From contig CAWBMV010000001.1 in assembly GCA_963789955.1 (NCBI GenBank), forward strand, positions 160,001-224,000: DNA of 64,000 nt, in the 5' to 3' direction. The DNA is from an uncultured Candidatus Rokubacteria bacterium (GTDB lineage Bacteria > Methylomirabilota > Methylomirabilia > Rokubacteriales > CSP1-6). Shown here one piece after another: positions 1-8,800 of the stretch. Each line of letters begins with the position of its first letter. Position 1 is the stretch's first letter. Below the pieces are notes generated by a model. It was not told the DNA's origin. It did not search any database and saw nothing but the letters and a program-made list of their open reading frames with translations. A program made the position numbers and the translations under genes.

Positions 1-562
1 GCTCGATCGCGCCGTCGAGCAGCGGCTTGTAGGGAATGACGCGATTGACCTCGATGCCGCAGGACGCCGAGAGAATGGCCTTCGGCTTGGCGTCGTCGAT
101 CCGCTTGGCCAGCTCGTTCGAGGCAAAGCCGCCGAAGACCACGGAGTGAATCGCGCCCAGGCGCGCGCACGCGAGCATCGCGATCACGGCCTCGGGCACC
201 ATCGGCATGTAGATGATCACGCGGTCGCCCTTCTCGATCCCCAGACGCCGGAGCATGCCGGCGCAGAGCGCGACCGCGTCGCGAAGCTCGAAATAGGTGT
301 ACGTCCGCACCGTGCCGGTGACCGGGCTGTCGTAGACCAGCGCCCGCTGCTTGCCACGGCCGCGGTCGACGTGCACGTCGACCGCGTTGTAGCAGGTGTT
401 GAGCTCGCCACCCACGAACCACCGGTAGAACGGACGGCGCGAGTCGTCGAACACTCGATCCCACCGCCGGTCCCAGTGGATGTCTTCCGCGGCCGCGGCC
501 CAGAACCCCTGGGGGTCCCGCATCGACCGCGCGTATGTCTCGTCGTAGACACTCTTGGTCAT
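1..562 (-). CDS. prpE: Propionyl-CoA/acetyl-CoA synthetase, 5' part (runs off window)
   Basis: Manual translation of the minus strand from ATG at 562: MTKSVYDETYARSMRDPQGFWAAAAEDIHW...WFVGGELNTCYNAVDVH...KGDRVIIYMPMVPEAVIAMLACARLGAIHSVVFGGFA. AGGAGGA RBS upstream. Not in the ORF track because it is truncated. Confidence 0.85.
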   Translation of the reverse strand, partial: MTKSVYDETYARSMRDPQGFWAAAAEDIHWDRRWDRVFDDSRRPFYRWFVGGELNTCYNAVDVHVDRGRGKQRALVYDSPVTGTVRTYTYFELRDAVALCAGMLRRLGIEKGDRVIIYMPMVPEAVIAMLACARLGAIHSVVFGGFASNELAKRIDDAKPKAILSASCGIEVNRVIPYKPLLDGAIE

Positions 563-643
563 TGGTTGAGTCCTCCTGCGATTCGCCCCCGGGCGCCCGG
601 GAACGTTAGCACGGCCGGCGCTCGGGCCGCCACCGGCTACCTC

Positions 644-673
644 TTGACAATCTCGATCGACAATGTGTATTTT
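644..673 (+). promoter_or_regulatory. Sigma70-type promoter for the Zn-ribbon/sulfite reductase operon
   Basis: TTGACA (644-649), 18 bp spacer, TATTTT (668-673), in an AT-rich patch. Overlapped by an imperfect inverted repeat ATCTCGATCGA...TCGATTCGAGAT. Confidence 0.6.
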
Positions 674-687
674 GCCATCGATTCGAG

Positions 688-894
688 ATGACTACGCAGG
701 TCGAGCACGCGACGTCGCTCCGTTGCCCGGTGTGCCGGGCAAAGGTCGTGGTGGCGCTCCAGGATGAGGTCGTCATCCACAACGCCATCATCAAGGTCGA
801 CTTTCCCACCGGGCGCGTGACGGCCAAGTGTGCGCGATGTAAAGCGTGGGTGCAGGTTCCACTGCGGTACATCGGAGACGTGACTCCCTCGTAG
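688..894 (+). CDS. Small zinc-ribbon protein (CxxC-x31-CxxC), 68 aa
   Basis: CPVC and CARC motifs, genome-typical codon usage, directly downstream of the promoter. Confidence 0.75.
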   Translation: MTTQVEHATSLRCPVCRAKVVVALQDEVVIHNAIIKVDFPTGRVTAKCARCKAWVQVPLRYIGDVTPS

Positions 895-902
895 GCGACG
901 TC

Positions 903-966
903 GAAACCAAAAGACATGGGCCGGGAGGAGGGCCGACGCGAGGCCCGCCTCCCGGCCTTTTGTTTC
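903..966 (+). terminator. Intrinsic terminator/attenuator-like hairpin before the sulfite reductase
   Basis: GGCCGGGAGG (919-928) pairs with CCTCCCGGCC (948-957); GGGCC/GGCCC inner stem; followed by TTTTGTTT. Flanking GAAACCAAAAG can pair with CTTTTGTTTC. Confidence 0.65.
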
Positions 967-977
967 TGGAGGCACTG

Positions 978-2675
978 ATGAGCGAAACCGTGAAAGAGAC
1001 GAAGGCACAGCGGGTCGAGCGGCTCAAGCGTGAGCTGAATCCGTGGGAGGCCTATGCCGACATCCAGCGGTTCGCGCGCGAAGGCTGGGACTCCGTGCCC
1101 CCGGAGTGGTTCGGCGCGTATTTCCGCTGGTGGGGCATCTACACGCAGGGCGACGGCGTCGGCGCGATCGGCGGCAAGGGCGGCGAGGGCAAGGCGGTTC
1201 GCCATCTGATGGTGCGGATCCGCATTCCGAACGGTGTTCTCGACTCACGTCAGCTCCGGACGATCGCCGACCTCGCCGAGTGGCACGGACGCGGGATCGC
1301 CGACATCACGGTCCGCCAGAACTTTCAGCTGCACTGGGTGACGCTCGAGAGCCTGCCGGAGGTGTTCCAGGCGCTCTGGCTCAAGGACGTCACCACGATG
1401 GGCTCGTGCGGCGACGTCACGCGCAACGTCACCGGTTGCCCGGTCGCGGGACTCGACGCCGAGGAGCTGGTCGACGCCTCGCCGCTCGTCCGGGAGGCGA
1501 CGGAGCTGGTGAACGGGAACGCCGCCTTCTACAACCTACCGAGAAAGTTCAAGGTCTCCATCTCGGGATGCCGTGCCTGGTGCACGTATCCCGAGGTCAA
1601 CGACATCGGTCTCACGGCGGTTCGCCACCCGGCGAGCGGCGAGATCGGCTTCGCCGTGCGCGTCGGGGGCGGGCTCTCGACCGACCCGCACCTCGGCGTC
1701 AAGCTCGACGCGTTCGTGCCGCGCGCTCAGGCGCTCGGAGTATTCCGGGCGATCGCCGAGATCTTCCGCGACTCCGACGTGCTCCGTCAGAACCGCGAGC
1801 GCGCCCGTCTGAAGTTCCTGTTCCTCCAGCACGGCTGGACGGCCGAGCGCTTCAAAGCCGAGATCGAGGCGCGCCTGGGCGCTCCGCTGGCGCCGGGCGT
1901 TCCCGACGACCCGCCCGACGACGCGTACCGCGACCACGTCGGCATCCACGCGCAGCAGCAGCCGGGCTACTGCTACGTCGGCGTCGCCGTGTTGCGCGGG
2001 CGCCTCACGGCGGACCAGATGCGGGTCGCCGCCGAGCTCGCCGATCGCTACGGCTCCGGCGCGGTCCGGACGACGAGCATGCAGAACTTCCTGATCCCGA
2101 ACGTTCGCCGCGAGAGCGCTCAGGCACTGGCGCGCGAGCTCGAGGGCGCCGGCTTCGCGATCGATGCCTCGCCCTTTCGCCGCGGCACCGTCGCCTGCAC
2201 GGGCTCAGAGTTCTGCAAGCTGGCGCTCACCGAGACCAAGGGCTTCGCGCGCGGGCTCGTCGAGAGCCTTGAGCAACGGCTGCCGGGGTTCGACCAGCAG
2301 CTTCGGATCAACGTCACGGGCTGCCCGAACAGCTGCGGTCAGCACTGGATCGCCGACCTCGGGATCGAGGGCAAGAAGGTCAAGGTGGACGGCGTGGTCG
2401 TCGACGCCTACTACTTCTGCGTCGGGGGCGCCGTCGGCCGGCATCAGGCCGTTGCCCGGCCGATCGGGCTGCGTCTGCCGGCGACCGGGGTGGCGCCGGC
2501 GATCGAGCGCCTGCTGCGCGCCTTCCAGGCCGAGCGACGAGACGACGAGAACTTCCGCCAGTTCGCCGCCCGTCACACCGACGAGGAGCTGCGCGGCCTG
2601 CTCGCCGGCGAGCTCGTCGAGGCCGTGGCGCGCGATGCCGCCGCGGACCGACCGCCGCACGGCGTCGACGGCTGA
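978..2675 (+). CDS. Ferredoxin-dependent sulfite/nitrite reductase (siroheme, 4Fe-4S)
   Basis: ATG 978 after GGAGG. Motifs RWWGIYTQ, TVRQNFQLH, NLPRKFKVSISGC, ACTGSEFC, TGCPNSCGQH. Adjacent siroheme genes favour a sulfite reductase. Confidence 0.9.
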   Translation: MSETVKETKAQRVERLKRELNPWEAYADIQRFAREGWDSVPPEWFGAYFRWWGIYTQGDGVGAIGGKGGEGKAVRHLMVRIRIPNGVLDSRQLRTIADLAEWHGRGIADITVRQNFQLHWVTLESLPEVFQALWLKDVTTMGSCGDVTRNVTGCPVAGLDAEELVDASPLVREATELVNGNAAFYNLPRKFKVSISGCRAWCTYPEVNDIGLTAVRHPASGEIGFAVRVGGGLSTDPHLGVKLDAFVPRAQALGVFRAIAEIFRDSDVLRQNRERARLKFLFLQHGWTAERFKAEIEARLGAPLAPGVPDDPPDDAYRDHVGIHAQQQPGYCYVGVAVLRGRLTADQMRVAAELADRYGSGAVRTTSMQNFLIPNVRRESAQALARELEGAGFAIDASPFRRGTVACTGSEFCKLALTETKGFARGLVESLEQRLPGFDQQLRINVTGCPNSCGQHWIADLGIEGKKVKVDGVVVDAYYFCVGGAVGRHQAVARPIGLRLPATGVAPAIERLLRAFQAERRDDENFRQFAARHTDEELRGLLAGELVEAVARDAAADRPPHGVDG

Positions 2676-2676
2676 G

Positions 2677-3306
2677 ATGGGCTACTACCCGGTGCTTCTC
2701 GACCTCGCGGGCCGCCGATGCGTCATGGTCGGCGGGGGCATCATCGCCGGGCGACGAGTCGACGGCCTGTTGACGGCGGGCGCGCGCGTGACGGGGATCA
2801 GCCCTCGGTTGACGCGGACCCTGGCGGCGCTGGCCGCCGAGGGTCGCATCGAGCACGAAGCACGCGAGTATCGCGACGGCGATCTCGACGGGGCGGATCT
2901 CGCGTTCGTCGCGACCGATGCGGGCGCGGTGAACGCGGCGGTGGCCCGGGAGGCGCGGGCGCGCGGCGTCTGGATCAACGCCGCCGACGATCCGGCGCGC
3001 TGCACGTTCATCCTGCCGGCGCTCGTTCGCCGCGGCGATCTCACCGTCGCCATCGCGACCGGCGGCTCGAGCCCCGCCCTCGCGCGCGCGATCCGCGAGG
3101 AGCTCGAGACCTACCTGACCGATGACTACGCGACCCTGGCGGCGATCGCGGCCGAGGCCCGGCGCGAAGTGCGGGCGTTGGGACGGCCGGTGGCCGCCGA
3201 CGCCTGGCGGCGCGCGCTCGGCCCGGAAGTTCGACGGCTCATCGTCGAACGGGGCCGCGACGATGCCAAGCAGCGTTTGCTCGAGCTGCTCGGAGTGGAC
3301 TCGTGA
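2677..3306 (+). CDS. Precorrin-2 dehydrogenase/sirohydrochlorin ferrochelatase (CysG N-terminal/SirC-type)
   Basis: MGYYPVLLDLAGRRCVMVGGG...INAADDPARCTFILPA...AIATGGSSPALAR. Confidence 0.9.
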   Translation: MGYYPVLLDLAGRRCVMVGGGIIAGRRVDGLLTAGARVTGISPRLTRTLAALAAEGRIEHEAREYRDGDLDGADLAFVATDAGAVNAAVAREARARGVWINAADDPARCTFILPALVRRGDLTVAIATGGSSPALARAIREELETYLTDDYATLAAIAAEARREVRALGRPVAADAWRRALGPEVRRLIVERGRDDAKQRLLELLGVDS

Positions 3307-4076
3307 AAGCCGGCACGGTCGCCCTCGTCGGCGCGGGCCCGGGAGATCCCGGCCTCATGACGGTGCGCGGTCTCGAGCTCCTGCGGCGCGCGCACGTCGT
3401 CGTCTACGATCGGCTGGTCGATCCGCGGCTGCTCGACGAAGCGCCGCGCGCGCGGCGCATCTTCGCGGGCAAGGCGTCCGGCAACCACGCGTTGCCGCAA
3501 GAGTGGATCAACGCGCTCCTGATCCTGCACGCGCGGCGCGGCCGGCGGGTCGTGCGGCTCAAGGGGGGCGACCCGTTCGTGTTCGGGCGCGGCGGCGAAG
3601 AGGCCGAGGCGCTGGCGCGCGCGCGGATCCCGTTCGAGGTCGTCCCCGGCGTCAGCTCGGCGGTCGCCGTGCCGGCGTACGCCGGAATTCCCGTCACCCA
3701 TCGCGGCGTCGCGTCCTCGTTCACGGTGGTCACGGGCCACGCGAGCGCATCAGGACGCGAGTCGAAGGTCGACTGGGCGCGGCTCGCACGCTCGGCCGAC
3801 ACGCTGGTGGTCTTGATGGGGGTGGAGAGCCTTCCCCGGATCACGCGCGAGCTGATCGCGCACGGACGCCCCGCGACGACGCCGGTCGCGCTGGTGCGCT
3901 GGGGGACCACGAGCGCCCAGGAGACGGTCACGGGCACCCTCAGGGATATCGCCGCCCGCGCCGCCAGAGCTCGGCTCGAGCCCCCGGTCGTGATCGTGAT
4001 CGGCGACGTGGTCGCGCTCCGCGACCGGCTCCAGTGGTTCGACGACAACCGTATTGCTATGGAGGTCGCTCAGTGA
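3303..4076 (+). CDS. cobA: Uroporphyrinogen-III C-methyltransferase
   Basis: VGAGPGDPGLMT, VVYDRLV, RLKGGDPFVFGRGGEE, VVPGVSS. GTGA overlap with the upstream gene. Confidence 0.93.
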   Translation: MKAGTVALVGAGPGDPGLMTVRGLELLRRAHVVVYDRLVDPRLLDEAPRARRIFAGKASGNHALPQEWINALLILHARRGRRVVRLKGGDPFVFGRGGEEAEALARARIPFEVVPGVSSAVAVPAYAGIPVTHRGVASSFTVVTGHASASGRESKVDWARLARSADTLVVLMGVESLPRITRELIAHGRPATTPVALVRWGTTSAQETVTGTLRDIAARAARARLEPPVVIVIGDVVALRDRLQWFDDNRIAMEVAQ

Positions 4077-5047
4077 ACGTTCGACTGTCCGCGCCCATCG
4101 GCATCCTCGACGAGCATCCGGAGTGGTCGGCCAGGCTCATCGCCGAGCTCGAGCATCGGCGGCTGCCGTTCGAGAAGATCGACCACTCGAACCACGGCTT
4201 CGACCCGCGCGATCGGGTCCCGCGCTATTCGGTCATCGTCAATCGCACGAGTCCCTCGTCGCACCGGCGCGGCCACGGCGGCGTCCTCTTCTACGCCGAG
4301 GCGCTGCTCGCGCACTGGGAGTCGCTCGGGGTGCCGGTCATCAATCCGGTTCGCGCCTATCGCTTCGAGAAATCCAAGGCGCTCCAGCTCGGTCTCTTCG
4401 AGCGTCTGGGCATCAACTATCCGCGGACGGTCGTCGTGAACCACCGCGACCAGGTCTTGAAGGCGAGCGCCGAGCTTCGATTCCCGCTCCTCGTCAAGCC
4501 GAACATCGGCGGCTCGGGCGCGCTCATCGAGCGATTCGAAACACGCGCGGACCTCGAGTCGAGGGCGGCCGCGCTCGACTTCGGCCCGGACGGAACGGCG
4601 CTGGTGCAGGAGTTCATCGAGTCCCAGGACGGTGCGATCGTTCGGGTCGAGGTGCTGGACGACCGGTATCTGTACGCGATCCGAATCGTCCGCCCGGCAT
4701 CCGATTTCAATCTCTGCCCGGCCGACATCTGTCGGGTGCCCGATGCCGCGCCGAGCGCCGAGCTCGGCGCGTGCCCGGTCGAGGCCAAGCCGGGGCTCCA
4801 GGTGACGCGCTATGACGCCCCGGCGGCCGTGGTCGACCAGGCCCGAGCCCTCGCGCGCGGGGCGTCGATCGACGTCGGCGGAATCGAATATCTCGTCGGG
4901 CGCGAGGACGGCCGCGTCTATTTCTACGACGTGAATGCCACGTCGAACTTCGTCGCCAACGCCCCGGCGGTGCTCGGGTTCGACCCGTTTCCGCCGTTCG
5001 CGGACTACATCGTCCGCGTGGCGACCCAGGCCGGAGACCGCGCATGA
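4073..5047 (+). CDS. ATP-grasp ligase (RimK/glutathione synthetase-like)
   Basis: GTG 4073 overlapping the cobA stop. FPLLVKPNIGGSG, LVQEFIE, GGIEYL...FYDVNATSNF; Cys-containing insert CPADIC...CP. Confidence 0.82.
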   Translation: MNVRLSAPIGILDEHPEWSARLIAELEHRRLPFEKIDHSNHGFDPRDRVPRYSVIVNRTSPSSHRRGHGGVLFYAEALLAHWESLGVPVINPVRAYRFEKSKALQLGLFERLGINYPRTVVVNHRDQVLKASAELRFPLLVKPNIGGSGALIERFETRADLESRAAALDFGPDGTALVQEFIESQDGAIVRVEVLDDRYLYAIRIVRPASDFNLCPADICRVPDAAPSAELGACPVEAKPGLQVTRYDAPAAVVDQARALARGASIDVGGIEYLVGREDGRVYFYDVNATSNFVANAPAVLGFDPFPPFADYIVRVATQAGDRA

Positions 5048-5136
5048 GCTTGCAGCTCGGAGATACCGCTCCCGATTTCACCGCCGTCACGACCGAAGGA
5101 CCGATCAGCTTTCACGAGTGGATCGGCAGCGCCTGA
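5044..5136 (+). pseudogene. Truncated 1-Cys peroxiredoxin (Prx6/LsfA-like) N-terminus, 30 aa
   Basis: MSLQLGDTAPDFTAVTTEGPISFHEWIGSA* matches the typical Prx6 start. It stops before the FSHP...FTPVC active site, and no continuation is visible downstream. Confidence 0.75.
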
Positions 5137-5157
5137 CCTCGCAGCCGAGATAGCGAC

Positions 5158-6099
5158 TCAGGGCGCCAGCGCGATCGCCCGCAGCGGCGAGCCGGTGGCG
5201 CCCTGGATCCTCAACGGCGTCAGGATCAGCAGCGCGACGTACGCCTTCGCGTCGGCCAGCGCCTCGAGATTGCAGTTCTCCACGATGTAGATGCCGCTGT
5301 CGGCCAGCAGCATCATGTGGACGCTGAAGAGCTCCTTGCCGTAGGCGGCCGGGCGCTTCTCGAACGTCGCGGTGTCGTCGCCCGCGAGCCGCACGCTCTT
5401 GTCGATGATCCAGCGCGCCCCGTCCTGACCCGGGCCGGGCGACTGCTCACCCAGATACTTCGCGTTGTCCTTGGCGAAGTACTGGCCCCAGCCCGTGCGG
5501 ATCATCACCGAATCGCCCTTGCGCACCTCGACACCCTGCGCCTTCGCCGTCTGCTCGAGGTGCGCGCCGGTGATCTCGAAGCCGGGCGCCAGGGGGTCGG
5601 GGCGGCCGCTCGCCATCTGCCGCGCGACGTCGAGGAGGACCACGCGGTTCACCATGAGATCGGCGGGGAAGTGTTCGATCCCGAGATTCGCGCCGATGCC
5701 GGCCGGCGTGGACGTCGCGGCGACCGCGTCGACGCCGCCGTGGAGCTTCAGGTTCCGCCCGATGTGGCCGATCGCGTCGATCGTCGGCGCGCCGTGCTGG
5801 CCGCTGAAGTACATGATGTCCGACGCCCAGGACACCTGGCTGCCCGGCGCCTGGCCGAAGATCTCGTACGTCATCTTGTGCGTGCGGTTGAGCGCGAACG
5901 AGTAGGGCGGGTTGAGGTTGAGGACCGGCGACTGCTCGTTCCACGTGAAGGAGAGGTCGAACATCCTCGCGCCCTTCACGGTGCGGATCAGATCGTCGGC
6001 CGAGGGACGGCCCTGCGCCGTCGCCGAGCCGGCCAGCGCCGCCGCGACACCGAGGGTTGCCGCCGATCCAAGCCAATGCCGCCGCGAGACGTCGTTCAT
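5158..6099 (-). CDS. Cyclase (kynurenine formamidase-like) family protein, probable Tat-exported
   Basis: Start MNDVSRRHWLGSAA (twin-Arg-like signal) after AGGAGGAG. QHGAPTIDAIGH, IRTGW, IVENCNL, GATGSPLR. Confidence 0.8.
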   Translation of the reverse strand: MNDVSRRHWLGSAATLGVAAALAGSATAQGRPSADDLIRTVKGARMFDLSFTWNEQSPVLNLNPPYSFALNRTHKMTYEIFGQAPGSQVSWASDIMYFSGQHGAPTIDAIGHIGRNLKLHGGVDAVAATSTPAGIGANLGIEHFPADLMVNRVVLLDVARQMASGRPDPLAPGFEITGAHLEQTAKAQGVEVRKGDSVMIRTGWGQYFAKDNAKYLGEQSPGPGQDGARWIIDKSVRLAGDDTATFEKRPAAYGKELFSVHMMLLADSGIYIVENCNLEALADAKAYVALLILTPLRIQGATGSPLRAIALAP

Positions 6100-6208
6100 G
6101 CGCTCCTCCTCTGTCGATGGGCGAATCGCCAGGGAGCGTAAGCGGCGCGCCCGCCCGGCGCAAGTGCTCATGGGGTAAACTTGCGCCAACCCGTTCCAAG
6201 GAGCGTCA

Positions 6209-7792
6209 ATGAGCGAGTTTCGCCACGTGTATCGCACCGAGCTGTCGCCGCTGAGCTTCCTCACGCGAAGCGCGTACGTGTTTCCCGACAAGACCGCGGT
6301 CGTGCACGGCGCGCGCCGCTACACCTACCGGCAGCTCGAGGAGCGTGTGAATCGGCTCGCCTCGGCGTTGCGCGCGGCCGGCCTCGAGAAGCACGACCGC
6401 GTGGCGTTCCTGTGTCCGAACATCCCGCCGATGCTCGAAGCGCACTACGGCGTGCCGGCCGCGGGCGGCGTGCTCGTCGCGATCAACACGCGGCTCAGCT
6501 CGGACGAGATCGGCTACATCCTCGAGCACTCCGGCGCCAGGTTTCTCTTCGTCGATGCGGAGCTCGAGCCGCTCGTGAAGCCGCTGCCGCTGTCCGGCCT
6601 GCGCGTCGTGCGCGTGGACGACACCGGCGCGCCGGGCGATCCGTACGAGGATCTCCTCGCCGGCGGCTCGCCGTCGCCGGTCGAGAGCTGGCTGAAGGAC
6701 GAAGAAGAGATGCTCGCGATCAACTACACCTCGGGCACGACGGGCCGGCCCAAGGGCGTCATGTATTCGCACCGCGGCGCCTGGGTCAACGCGCTCGGCG
6801 AGGTGCTCGAATCGCAGATGGGCTTCGACGCGCGGTACCTGTGGACCTTGCCCATGTTCCACTGCAACGGCTGGTGCTTCACGTGGGGCGTGACGGCCGT
6901 CGGCGGCACGCACATCTGCCTGCGACGGGTCGAGCCCTCGCGCATCTGGGAGATGATCGACAAGGAAGGCGTCACCCACTACAACGGCGCGCCGACCGTC
7001 CACATCGGCGTCGTCAACGATCCGAAGGCCCACAAGCTCGAGCGCCCCGTCACCGTCTGCGTGGCGGGCGCGCCGCCCTCGCCGACCTTGCTCGGCCGGC
7101 TCAAGGAGCTCGGCTTCCGCCCCGTGCACGTCTACGGGCTCACCGAGACGTACGGACCGCACACGGTGTGCGCGTGGCACGAGGAGTGGGACGCGCTGCC
7201 GCTCGACCAGCAGTCGCGGCTGGCCGCGCGTCAGGGCCAGGGCTACGCGATCTTCGATCTCGTACGCGTGGTCGACAGCGAGATGCGCGATGTGCCGCGC
7301 GATGCCGAGACGCTCGGCGAGGTCATCATGCGCGGCAACAACGCGGCGATGGGCTATTTTCGTCAACCCGAAGCCACGGCGGAGGCGTTCCGCGGCGGGT
7401 GGTTCCACTCCGGCGACATCGCGGTGTGGCATCCCGACGGCTACGTCGAGCTGCGCGACCGGAAGAAGGACATCATCATCTCGGGCGGCGAGAACATCTC
7501 GACGATCGAGGTCGAGCAGTGCGTCGCGCGGCACCCGGCGGTGCTCGAGTGCGCGGTGGTCGCGGTGCCCGACGACAAGTGGGGCGAGCGGCCGAAGGCG
7601 TTCGTCACGCTCAAGCCCGGGCAGAAGGCCACCGAGCCGGAGATCATCGAGTTCTGCCGCCAGCACATCGCGCACTTCAAGTGCCCGGCGGCGGTGGAGT
7701 TCGGCGATCTGCCGAAGACGTCGACCGGCAAGGTCCAGAAGTTCGTCCTTCGCGAGAAAGAGTGGAAGGGCCGCGAGAAGCGGATCAACTAG
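6209..7792 (+). CDS. Acyl-CoA synthetase / medium-chain fatty acid-CoA ligase
   Basis: INYTSGTTGRPKG, LPMFHCNGW, YGLTETYGP, FHSGD, DRKKDIIISGGENIS, PKTSTGKVQK. Confidence 0.9.
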   Translation: MSEFRHVYRTELSPLSFLTRSAYVFPDKTAVVHGARRYTYRQLEERVNRLASALRAAGLEKHDRVAFLCPNIPPMLEAHYGVPAAGGVLVAINTRLSSDEIGYILEHSGARFLFVDAELEPLVKPLPLSGLRVVRVDDTGAPGDPYEDLLAGGSPSPVESWLKDEEEMLAINYTSGTTGRPKGVMYSHRGAWVNALGEVLESQMGFDARYLWTLPMFHCNGWCFTWGVTAVGGTHICLRRVEPSRIWEMIDKEGVTHYNGAPTVHIGVVNDPKAHKLERPVTVCVAGAPPSPTLLGRLKELGFRPVHVYGLTETYGPHTVCAWHEEWDALPLDQQSRLAARQGQGYAIFDLVRVVDSEMRDVPRDAETLGEVIMRGNNAAMGYFRQPEATAEAFRGGWFHSGDIAVWHPDGYVELRDRKKDIIISGGENISTIEVEQCVARHPAVLECAVVAVPDDKWGERPKAFVTLKPGQKATEPEIIEFCRQHIAHFKCPAAVEFGDLPKTSTGKVQKFVLREKEWKGREKRIN

Positions 7793-8800
7793 ATGCTCCG
7801 GCTGGGTGTACTCGACCAATCGCCCGTGCGCAGCGGCGGTGTCGTGTCCGACGCCATCCACGAAACGCTCGAGCTCGCGGAGCTGTGCGACCGCCTCGGC
7901 TACCACCGCTACTGGCTCGCCGAGCACCACTCGACGCCGGGGCTGGCCGGCTCGAGCCCCGAGGTGCTGATCGGCCAGGTCGCCGCGCGCACCGCGCGGA
8001 TCCGGGTCGGCTCCGGCGGCGTCATGCTCCAGCACTACAGCTCGCTGAAGGTCGCCGAGAGCTTCCGCGTGCTCGAGACGCTCTTTCCCGGGCGGATCGA
8101 TCTCGGCATCGGTCGGGCGCCGGGCAGCGATCAGCTGACGGCGCGCGCGCTGCGCGACGACGGCAGCCCCGAATACTTCCCGCAGCAGGTCGCTGACCTG
8201 GTCGGCTTCCTCCACGGCGCCCTGCCGCAGGGCCACGTATTTTCTCAGGTCCTCGCGATGCCGACCGGTCCGACGGCGCCGGAGATGTGGCTCCTCGGCT
8301 CGAGCGACGCCAGCGCCGCGATCGCGGCGCACTTCGGCACCGGCTTCTCGTTCGCGCACTTCATCAACCAGGATGGCGGCGCCGAGGTCACCCGCGCCTA
8401 TCGGCGGCAGTTCAAGCCGTCCCAGTGGCTCGAAGCACCGCGGGCGAGCGTCGCCGTCTTCGCGGTCTGCGCCGACACCGAGGCGGAGGCTCAGCGCCTG
8501 GCGCGGAGCCGCCATCTCTTCATCGTGCGTCTCTACACGGGGCGCGCGGGCCGCTATCCGTCCGTCGAGGAGGCCGAGACGTATCCGTACTCGGAGCGCG
8601 AGCTCGCCATCCTCCACCACGCGCAGCAGCGCACGGTGGCCGGCACTCCCGAGCAGGTGCGCGAGCGGCTCGAGGCGCTCGCCGCCGACTACGAGGCCGA
8701 CGAGCTGATCGTCGTCACGATCACCCACGATCCGAAGGCCCGGCGCCGGTCCTACGAGCTCCTGGCCAAGGTCTTCGGGCTCGAGGAGACCACCGCATGA
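7793..8800 (+). CDS. Luciferase-like (LLM) flavin monooxygenase, group 1 (YhbW/CmoO-like)
   Basis: LDQSP, GYHRYWLAEHH, GSGGVML, RIDLGIGRAPG, WLLGSS, FAHFIN. Confidence 0.88.
   Translation: MLRLGVLDQSPVRSGGVVSDAIHETLELAELCDRLGYHRYWLAEHHSTPGLAGSSPEVLIGQVAARTARIRVGSGGVMLQHYSSLKVAESFRVLETLFPGRIDLGIGRAPGSDQLTARALRDDGSPEYFPQQVADLVGFLHGALPQGHVFSQVLAMPTGPTAPEMWLLGSSDASAAIAAHFGTGFSFAHFINQDGGAEVTRAYRRQFKPSQWLEAPRASVAVFAVCADTEAEAQRLARSRHLFIVRLYTGRAGRYPSVEEAETYPYSERELAILHHAQQRTVAGTPEQVRERLEALAADYEADELIVVTITHDPKARRRSYELLAKVFGLEETTA

Noticed and set aside
895..977. SAM riboswitch before the sulfite reductase
   Set aside because: No SAM-I/II/IV consensus elements are recognisable; reported as an unclassified hairpin instead.
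5134..5136. TGA in the peroxiredoxin fragment as selenocysteine or read-through
   Set aside because: It falls at a Trp position, not the catalytic Cys, and peroxiredoxin similarity does not resume afterwards.
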